NCBI GenBank assembly: GCA_963840855.1
Contig: CAWJBB010000006.1
Coordinates: 1-56,444, forward strand
Direction of reading: 5' to 3'
From: an uncultured delta proteobacterium
GTDB lineage: Bacteria > Desulfobacterota > Binatia > UBA9968
Length of the DNA stretch: 56,444 nt
Shown: positions 49,666 through 56,444 of the stretch, one piece after another
Layout: each line of letters opens with the position of its first letter
Position numbering within the stretch: the stretch's first letter is position 1
Notes under the pieces: model-generated
What the model saw: only the letters and a program-made list of their open reading frames with translations
What the model was told of the DNA's origin: nothing
Databases searched by the model: none
Made by a program: the position numbers and the translations under genes

Positions 49666-49914
49666 CTAAATTAAATTGGCTGAGGTTTTCCAGCGTACCT
49701 TTTCTTTAAGCCGGCTCAAAAGAATCCGGGCCCAACCGAACTCCGTGGCAAGAATCGCGAGGCCGGCGGGTATTACGATGATCGCCGGCCCTGGCAGAAA
49801 AATCATTGCGGCCCCTATCAGGAGCACGCTCACTCCGATGACCAGGATAACCACCTTGCGAACGATCTTGTAGGGTTTATTTTTGAGATTTAGGTCCGCC
49901 ACCTTGAGCTCCAT
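49666..49914 (-). CDS. Small membrane protein, PGPGW-domain-like
   Basis: IFLPGPAIIVIPAGLAILATEFGWAR. Confidence 0.8.
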   Translation of the reverse strand: MELKVADLNLKNKPYKIVRKVVILVIGVSVLLIGAAMIFLPGPAIIVIPAGLAILATEFGWARILLSRLKEKVRWKTSANLI

Positions 49915-49915
49915 C

Positions 49916-50047
49916 TTAAAGATTAATTCGCGTCAGTGCGATGGTAGCAGTCCATGACCGGCGTTGCCAGCCTGCCGCGTCTTTGCGGAACCAATCTTTC
50001 GGGCCAAGTTCACTGAACCAAAAATCAATCGCTTCGGTCGAGTCCAT
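49916..50047 (-). pseudogene. Truncated DUF924-like N-terminal fragment
   Basis: AIDFWFSELGPKDWFRKD resembles the DUF924 N-terminus; similarity stops after about 25 aa. Confidence 0.55.
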
Positions 50048-50076
50048 AGTGTATGAGACTACCAGGCCGAGATCGA

Positions 50077-50229
50077 CTAGTGACCTGTAACAGCTACATA
50101 GCGTTTGCCGTTCATGGTTCGGGAGCCTCACCACGAACGGAACTTCGTGCAACTATACCAATTCACCCTGCGCTTGTCGAAGGGTTCTAGTCGAACCTAG
50201 ACTCCGAATCAATTTTTACAGCTCACTAG
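50077..50229 (+). mobile_element. MITE-like element copy 3
   Basis: CTAGTGACCTGTAACAGCTACA ... TTACAGCTCACTAG. Confidence 0.78.
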
Positions 50230-50313
50230 TTCAACTTTATTCGGGGATGTTACGTTGATATGCTAGCTTTTCGAATCATAGTCTAAACGCGCGCACCGCG
50301 AGGAGGCAATCTG

Positions 50314-52071
50314 TTGATGGAAACCCGCCTGCTCGAAGCAGAGCAGTTACTGAACTTGCTGGATACTGCCGTCGCGCAAGCGAAGGAGGCGGTGCTGATC
50401 ACCTCGGCGCGGCTTGAACCACCGGGACCCGAGATTCTTTTTGTCAATCCCGCCTTCAGCGCAATGACCGGATACAGCCGCGAAGAGGTCTTGCAAAAAA
50501 CACCGCGCATCCTTCAGGGCCCCAAGTCGGACCGCGTCATGCTGCAAGAGCTACGCGACACCCTGAGCCGAGGCGAGCCTTTTTCGGGCGAGACCGTCAA
50601 CTATCACAAAGACGGCAGTGAGTATTACGTCGAATGGGACATCACGCCGATTCGCGCGGGTAGCGGTCAAATCACTCATTTTCTTTCTATCCAGAGAAAC
50701 GTCACAGCGCGCAAGCTCGCCGAAAACCAGCTGAAAGAAATGTTTCGGCAGGTCGAAAAAAGCCGTAATGATCTTGGTTCGATCCTCGATGAACTGCGCA
50801 TCGGCACGGTCATGACCGACGAAAACGGCCGCGTGGTATTTCTTAACGCAGCGGCGCAGCAACTGTTCGCGTGGCCGGACATCGACCAGCTGGACGTAGC
50901 TTGGAAAGACCTCTTCGATTTGAATCCTGAAGACACGGATAAACTGCAAACGCTGATGCAAAAATCGGCCGAGGCGCGGGCCAGGATTCCATTGCACCTG
51001 GACCGAAGCGAGGGCCGCCGCGTTTGGCTCGAAGTTGACGTAAAGGACGATCCTCGCGACGCCCGTGGAAAAATATTCTTTCTTTATGATGTCACTGAAG
51101 TTCACGACCTGCGCCGTCTTCTCGACGAGCGGGCGCAGTTTCACGATCTTTTGGGCAAAAGCAAGGCCATGCAGCTGGTCTATCAGCAGATCCGCGACGT
51201 GGCGAGGGTCGATTCAACGGTCCTGATCGAAGGCGAAACGGGAACCGGTAAGGAGCTTGTCGCCCGCGCAATCCATTCTTCCAGCCATCGCAAAGATAAC
51301 CCTTTTGTCGCCGTGAACTGCGCCGGTCTGACGGAATCGCTCCTGAGCAGCCAGCTATTTGGGCACAAACGCGGGGCTTTCACGGGAGCTATCGAAGATC
51401 ACCAGGGATTGTTGGAGGCCGCCAACGGCGGCACGCTGTTGTTGGATGAGATCGGCGACATACCGATGGCCGTGCAGAACCAGCTGTTGCGTGTGCTTCA
51501 GGAGCGGGAAATCGTCCGGCTGGGAGAATCCCGGCCGCGGAAAATCGACGTTCGGGTGCTGGCGGCAACCCATAAAAGACTGAGCGACGAGGCGGCAAAG
51601 GGACGCTTCCGTTCGGATTTGTTTTACCGCATTCGGGTGGCGCGGATCAGTTTGCCGCCGCTGCGCGACCGGCGTGAAGATATCCCGTTGCTGACCGCTT
51701 CGTTTCTCGCGCAGTTTTCTGCGGCCAGCGGAAAACGCGTGACTGAAGTCAGTCGTGATGCCTTGCGCTTGCTTGCGGACCACCCCTGGCCTGGAAATGT
51801 GCGCGAGCTCAGAAGCGCCATTGAGTTTGCCATGATTCACTGCCGGGGCGCGGTGATCCAGCCCGATGATTTACCGCCCGAAATCCTTCGGCCAGGGGAT
51901 TTCGTGAGCGTAATTCCAGGCGATCCATTGATCGATGAGAAGGCGCGGTTTCTCGAAGCGCTGGATCGTTCCCATGGCAACCGCGCCCTGGCGGCGCGTC
52001 TCCTCGGCATCAGTCGCGCTACGCTTTATCGCCGACTGGCCGACCTCAAAATCAATCCCGCTGAAGAATAG
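50314..52071 (+). CDS. sigma54-dependent enhancer-binding protein with two PAS domains and Fis-type HTH
   Basis: PAS (VNPAFSAMTGYS..TPRILQG..NYHKDG), GETGTGKE, GAFTGA, LLDEIG, WPGNVREL, AARLLGISRATLYRRL. Confidence 0.95.
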   Translation: MMETRLLEAEQLLNLLDTAVAQAKEAVLITSARLEPPGPEILFVNPAFSAMTGYSREEVLQKTPRILQGPKSDRVMLQELRDTLSRGEPFSGETVNYHKDGSEYYVEWDITPIRAGSGQITHFLSIQRNVTARKLAENQLKEMFRQVEKSRNDLGSILDELRIGTVMTDENGRVVFLNAAAQQLFAWPDIDQLDVAWKDLFDLNPEDTDKLQTLMQKSAEARARIPLHLDRSEGRRVWLEVDVKDDPRDARGKIFFLYDVTEVHDLRRLLDERAQFHDLLGKSKAMQLVYQQIRDVARVDSTVLIEGETGTGKELVARAIHSSSHRKDNPFVAVNCAGLTESLLSSQLFGHKRGAFTGAIEDHQGLLEAANGGTLLLDEIGDIPMAVQNQLLRVLQEREIVRLGESRPRKIDVRVLAATHKRLSDEAAKGRFRSDLFYRIRVARISLPPLRDRREDIPLLTASFLAQFSAASGKRVTEVSRDALRLLADHPWPGNVRELRSAIEFAMIHCRGAVIQPDDLPPEILRPGDFVSVIPGDPLIDEKARFLEALDRSHGNRALAARLLGISRATLYRRLADLKINPAEE

Positions 52072-52075
52072 TCTT

Positions 52076-52106
52076 ACTGTCTCAGCTGATACAACCGTGA
52101 GACAGT
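52076..52106. promoter_or_regulatory. bEBP upstream activator sites
   Basis: ACTGTCTCA-N13-TGAGACAGT inverted repeat containing TGTCTCAGCTGATACA (TGT-N10-ACA). Confidence 0.65.
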
Positions 52107-52213
52107 ACTGAGGCGGTTGGCTGTCTCATCGTCTGCCCGAGATTTCTTTGCCCACGGATCCATCACGCCGAATACGCTAGTGAAAACTACCATGAAGCCA
52201 TTCGCGCGCCGCT

Positions 52214-52229
52214 TGGCACCGCGGTTGCT
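52214..52229 (+). promoter_or_regulatory. sigma54 promoter of the fasciclin gene
   Basis: TGGCACCGCGGTTGCT = TGGCAC-N5-TTGCW. Confidence 0.82.
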
Positions 52230-52276
52230 GATGCATGTTTCCCGAAGATTCAAAAAAATTAAAGGAGGAGAAAAAA

Positions 52277-52771
52277 ATGAAAATCTTCAAAACTGCATTG
52301 GGCGTATTGGCCATAACGTTGGGGCTCGGCTTGCCGGGTTCCGTGAAAGCGCAATCGATGCCTGACAAAGACATCGTGGAGATCGCCGCTTCAGCGGGGT
52401 CCTTCAACACCTTAGTCACCGCAGTAAAAGCGGCAGGATTGGTGGATACGCTGAAAGGAAACGGGCCGTTCACGGTTTTCGCCCCAACCGATGAGGCATT
52501 TGCCAAACTTCCGGGGGGTACGGTGGAAACCCTGCTCAAGCCCGAAAACAAGGATAAACTCACAGCGGTGCTGACTTATCACGTAGTCCCGGGGCGGGTC
52601 ACCGCGGGTGAAGTGGTGAACTTGAGTTCCGCAAAGACGGTCAACGGGCGCGCCCTGCGCATTAATACTAAGGACGGCAAAGTGATGGTGGACAACGCTC
52701 GTGTGACGGCAACAGATATCATGGCGAGCAACGGAGTCATCCACGTGATCGACTCGGTCGTACTGCCCTGA
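52277..52771 (+). CDS. Fasciclin (FAS1) domain protein, secreted
   Basis: [33 protein letters not shown]; AGGAGG RBS. Confidence 0.95.
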   Translation: MKIFKTALGVLAITLGLGLPGSVKAQSMPDKDIVEIAASAGSFNTLVTAVKAAGLVDTLKGNGPFTVFAPTDEAFAKLPGGTVETLLKPENKDKLTAVLTYHVVPGRVTAGEVVNLSSAKTVNGRALRINTKDGKVMVDNARVTATDIMASNGVIHVIDSVVLP

Positions 52772-52790
52772 CAACAGAAACACTAGCGGC

Positions 52791-52823
52791 AACCGCGGCT
52801 GGAATTTACTTCCAGCCGCGGTT
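52791..52823 (+). terminator. Stem-loop terminator candidate
   Basis: Perfect 14-bp stem AACCGCGGCTGGAA / TTCCAGCCGCGGTT 20 nt after the fasciclin stop; short U tract. Confidence 0.65.
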
Positions 52824-52850
52824 TATCGCAGCGAGCCGAGGCATTCTTTC

Positions 52851-53048
52851 ATGCGTACTTTGGAATTGCATAGCAAACGCTTTGTCTGTGAGGTGTGTGG
52901 TGAGAGGGCCGCTCATCCCACAACGATCGGAGTTGAGTTGGACAGAGACATCACGACGGCGATTCAACTCTGTCGTGATTGCGGTCCCATCGACCCCGAC
53001 TTAATGCAACTCTGCCGCGATATCACCATCGGCTGCACTAAAAACTAA
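52851..53048 (+). CDS. Hypothetical small Zn-ribbon-like protein
   Basis: 65 aa with CEVC...CRDC; GAGG upstream. Confidence 0.4.
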   Translation: MRTLELHSKRFVCEVCGERAAHPTTIGVELDRDITTAIQLCRDCGPIDPDLMQLCRDITIGCTKN

Positions 53049-53284
53049 GGCTGTCTGCGGGCCGTTCAAAGTTCAATGGTCTGAGTCAAATATGGATTCA
53101 ACGTTTCAAGGATCGAGAGAGATTCGGATTAGAGAAGATGGTTTCAATTTTCGGATGCAGGGCTACTGTGGTGGGATTAAAATTCGTTTACAAAGTTAGC
53201 ATTCCGAGTCCGACGGGTTGGTAAGTAGATTTGCTTCCGAGATCGAGCCAATGAAATCCGCGCACAAAACCCGAGTCGACGGAA

Positions 53285-53999
53285 TCAACGATTGAGGTCC
53301 AATCGAAACTTCGACGCTGCTTTAAATTTTTCCGAATCTGAAATCTCCCCGGGTTTTCCACCAAGAATTCCAGGTTCATCTAGCGTCCAAGGGCGGTCAT
53401 CGATTTGTGGGTCAGTAGCCAATCCCGCGGAAAATGGTTGTTCGGAATCCCCCATTTCGGCTTCCGAATCCTCGCGCAATGCGGCGAGTATATTTTTTCT
53501 CAGCTCGATTGCCAAATAATCGCGCGCAGCATGGATTTGAACGAATGGCAGAGAGATCGACCTGCAGATGTCTGTCGAGAAAGTGTCCCGTTCTTGGCGC
53601 TGGCGCGATTCATCCGTTTCATCATTCAGCTCGATAACGCAGCGAATCAAGAGGTTCTTTTTGTCGCATAGGACAAAGTCAAAATATTTCGCCCTGATTT
53701 GATTGAACGCATATAGCCAAGCGCTTTGATTTGCCGTGGACCTCACGCTTACGATGTCCGCGACTCGAACTTTGCCAAAAACTCGATAATCCTCACCGAC
53801 GGCTTGCTCGAGCGCGCCAAGGAGTGAGCGCTCGGCCGGCGAGAACAGCGTGCGGTTTCTGGTGTACGGTAATTCCTCGAGTCGCACAACCGTCGTCCGC
53901 CTCATCATTTTTACCGCGATAATAAAAAAAGGAATAAGCCAACGCCACCAGCAAATACGGCAAAACCGTTTGTATTCCTGAAAGCAACGGCAACATCAT
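53285..53999 (-). CDS. DUF2726-domain membrane-anchored protein, apparent frameshift near 53910
   Basis: LFSPAERS..YRVFGKVRVADIV..FDFVLCD..IELND; N-terminal TM segment in ORF 53793..54002; shift at a homopolymer run. Confidence 0.75.
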
Positions 54000-54010
54000 C
54001 ATTGACCGGT

Positions 54011-54026
54011 TGCAATTGCTATACCA
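54011..54026 (-). promoter_or_regulatory. Putative sigma54 promoter for the DUF2726 gene
   Basis: Minus strand TGGTATAGCAATTGCA (GG-N10-GC); TGT-N10-ACA boxes at 54140-54155 and 54183-54198. Confidence 0.55.
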
Positions 54027-54334
54027 TGCAGGTTATTTATCTTCAGCGGTGCGGGCTGCCAATGAAGCGCTAAATTTCCGCATGATTTCTCAGTTTGCCG
54101 TTAAATTAACCTAAACACTTCCTACCCGTGCTCGAACATTGTCACTATTTTGACAGGTGGCGACGAAATTTTTGCGAGACTCTGTCGGGTTTTTGACAGC
54201 CTTGTTTGCCGAGTCGCCTTTTAGATTAACGGTCTTGGTGACGCCGAGTTGAAAGTGGTATGTTCGGAGCGCGCGTTTTTGCTCCACGTTGGGCAAACTC
54301 AGCATCGTCAAACACAGCGTTCAAAAAACCCGTC

Positions 54335-55966
54335 ATGGAAATTTTCAGCTCCCAATTCTTCGTGCTGACCCTGGCGCTGGTGGGCGTCGTTATCATCATC
54401 GCCGCGCTGCTTTCCGGACTCATCGACCGGAGCGACTTGCCCCAGGTCGGAGTCTTCTTAGCGCTCGGCGCGATGCTCGGCCCGGCGGGTCTGGCATTGC
54501 TCGATGTTACTCTGGAGTCACCGACCCTTCGCGTCGTGGCTACTTTGAGTCTGGTTCTGGTGCTGTTCACGGACGCCGTCAGTCTCAGCATTGCGGAAAT
54601 GCGCCGCCACGGCGCGCTGGCTTTCCGAGTTCTGGGACCCGGAACGCTTCTCTCGGCGGGACTGATCGCTCTCGCGGGATGGCTGCTTCTTGGACTCCCT
54701 GTTGCGGCCGCGGCTATTCTCGGCGCGGCGCTCGCCTCAACGGATCCGGTGATGCTGCGCGGTTTGCTTAGGCGCCCGGGTCTTCCCGAGCCCGTGCGTC
54801 TGGCGCTGCGACTGGAAAGCGGCCTCAACGACGCCGTCCTATTGCCCGTCGTCCTGGTGGCGATGTCGTTTCTGGGCCAGAGCGGGCTCCCGAGTCAAAC
54901 CGATTGGGCGCGCATCGGTCTCGATCTTTTTCTTTTAGGACCGGGCGCGGGCATCGCCGTGGGGCTGCTCGCCATTGCCGCGCTGGAAATGATCAGGCGC
55001 AAGACCGGCGTGCGCCGGGACTACGAATCGATCTATTCTTTGGGTGTGGCCTTCGCGGCTTATGCCGCGGCCGAGGCGGTTCATGGGAGCGGATTTCTCG
55101 CCGCCTTTGCCGCCGGTTTGACCATCGCGGCGCTGGACGTCGAGCTTTGCGATTGTTTTCTCGAATACGGCCAGACCACCGCTGAGATGACGCTCCTGTT
55201 TACTTTCGTGCTCTTCGGCAGTTCGCTGATCTGGAGCGGATTCACCGTGCTGAGCTGGCCGATCTTTTTCTTCGCCGTAGCCGTCGTGGCGATCCGACCC
55301 ATCGCCTTTTTCGTCTCCCTGGCCGGGACCCGGCTGGATTGGCGCAGTCGCCTCTTGATCGCCTGGTTTGGACCTCGCGGTTTGAGCTCGCTCCTCTTGA
55401 TCCTGCTCCCGGTCTTCGCCGCCGTTCCCGGCACTCAGCTTTTGTTTTCTATCTGTTGCTTTATCGTCTTACTTTCCGTTGTGCTCCACGGTGGCTCGTT
55501 AATGTTCATCAGACGCGACAAATCCACTGTAGCATCGCCGGCGACGGCTGAGAGCAGCGCCGCTGGCAGCGTCCCAACAGAGTTGTCGGCAACTTCAAAC
55601 TCCCGCGAAAGTGAAAATAAACCGGGAGAGCTCATCACCATCGCCGAGATGCGGCAATTGCAGCGATCGGGCGCACCAAACCTGGTTCTCGACGTGCGAG
55701 CGGAACATAGTTTTGCGGACAGCGGTCTTCGAGCTGAGGGAGCGCTCAGGATTCCTCCTGATCGTGCCGTTGCGCGTCTCACCGAACTTGACGTCCCGCA
55801 CCAGACTTGGCTCTTCGCATTTTGCGCTTGACCGGACGAAGCGACCAGCGCCCGTGTGGCGCGGGAATTACAAAAGGCGGGTTGGACTAAAGCGCGAGCG
55901 CTGGTGGGTGGCTGGCAAGCCTGGCGGGCAGCCGGATTACCGGTTGAATCGCAACCGCTCCTCTGA
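54335..55966 (+). CDS. CPA1 (NhaP-like) cation/H+ antiporter fused to a selenocysteine-containing rhodanese domain
   Basis: ASTDPV, ESGLND, WFGPRG; rhodanese LDVR...FCA-TGA(55829-55831)-PDEATSARVARELQKAG..LVGGWQAWRAAGLPVE continues 44 codons to TGA 55964-55966. Confidence 0.85.
55845..55864 (+). promoter_or_regulatory. Putative bacterial SECIS hairpin
   Basis: CC(A)GCGCC-CGTGT-GGCGC-GG; apical loop with G at position 2 begins about 21 nt after the UGA. Confidence 0.6.
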
Positions 55967-56012
55967 CTAAGGAAATTTCAAACGTTTCAGTTGTTCCATT
56001 CGATCAATTCGT

Positions 56013-56444
56013 TCAGCGCTGAGCCACGGCGCCCAGAGTCTCGGCCGTACGTATGAGGCGGATGAACTCGGCGCGGTATCCTTCAGGGTCAGGGCCGCGC
56101 GCGGCGTTGGCAAGTTCGGCAATACGCGCGTAGGCGTAGCCGTCGAGGGCGTTCTCGCCGCGCAGGCGCTGGCCGAAGGCGGCGACGGCGATCGCGAAGC
56201 GTTGCTCGGCTGGCGCGGCGTCAAACTTGGCGAACGCGTCCGCAGCCGCGCACCGGCTGCTCGATGAGCCGGCTCGTTGTTTCGCCCGGCAATTTGTAGC
56301 GTAGTTTGACGAACGCCATCTCATCGCGGCCGATTGTCGACGGTGTAGATCGATCACGCTCAGTCTGGTAGCGGAGCGGATCGATCTGACGCTGCTTCGC
56401 GCCGGCGGGCGTAATCTCATAAATCGCCGTCACAGTGTGGCCGG
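56013..56444 (-). CDS. 3' end of a YfbK-like VWA-domain protein (DUF3520-like C-terminus), partial, frameshift near 56250
   Basis: HTVTAIYEITP..DPLRYQ..FVKLRYKLPG; FAIAVAAFGQRLRG..DPEGYRAEFIRLI. Confidence 0.8.

Noticed and set aside
55611-55970. Overlapping 119-aa ORF as a separate gene or frameshifted rhodanese C-terminus
   Set aside because: The rhodanese C-terminus is in the same frame as the antiporter across the TGA; this other frame has no motif.

Overview
GC-rich bacterial window. The gene content (massive solute-binding-protein expansion, cupins, MmgE/PrpD, amidohydrolase) resembles Candidatus Binatia/Rokubacteria-type genomes, but that is inference. Several indels in homopolymers suggest long-read assembly errors. 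There are three parts. (1) 1-15.3 kb: a minus-strand tandem array of 12 ABC_sub_bind (PF04392-like) substrate-binding-protein genes, 7 intact and 5 disrupted, with no permease or ATPase. It looks like a gene-cassette array. Every unit ends in the conserved ...[14 protein letters not shown] sequence or a remnant of it, including three gene-less mini-units, an inverted RHH/PemK toxin-antitoxin module and a vanadium haloperoxidase gene. A sigma54 promoter with a palindromic enhancer sits at the head of the array. No recombinase is in the window. (2) 15.5-49.5 kb: an aromatic/organic-acid catabolic region with a second family of 9 SBP paralogs, two MmgE/PrpD genes, an MFS transporter and three bicupins coupled to a CDC48/p97-like ATPase whose D2 Walker B reads DQ. 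It also has a phthalate-type Rieske oxygenase, dehydrogenase and decarboxylases, plus many MITE/REP/heptamer hairpins. (3) 49.6-56.4 kb: a PAS sigma54 activator with a fasciclin target, DUF2726, a YfbK-like 3' end, and a CPA1 cation/H+ antiporter fused to a rhodanese domain with an in-frame UGA (C-x-U) followed by a SECIS-like hairpin, i.e. a probable selenoprotein. No rRNA, tRNA or CRISPR array was seen.
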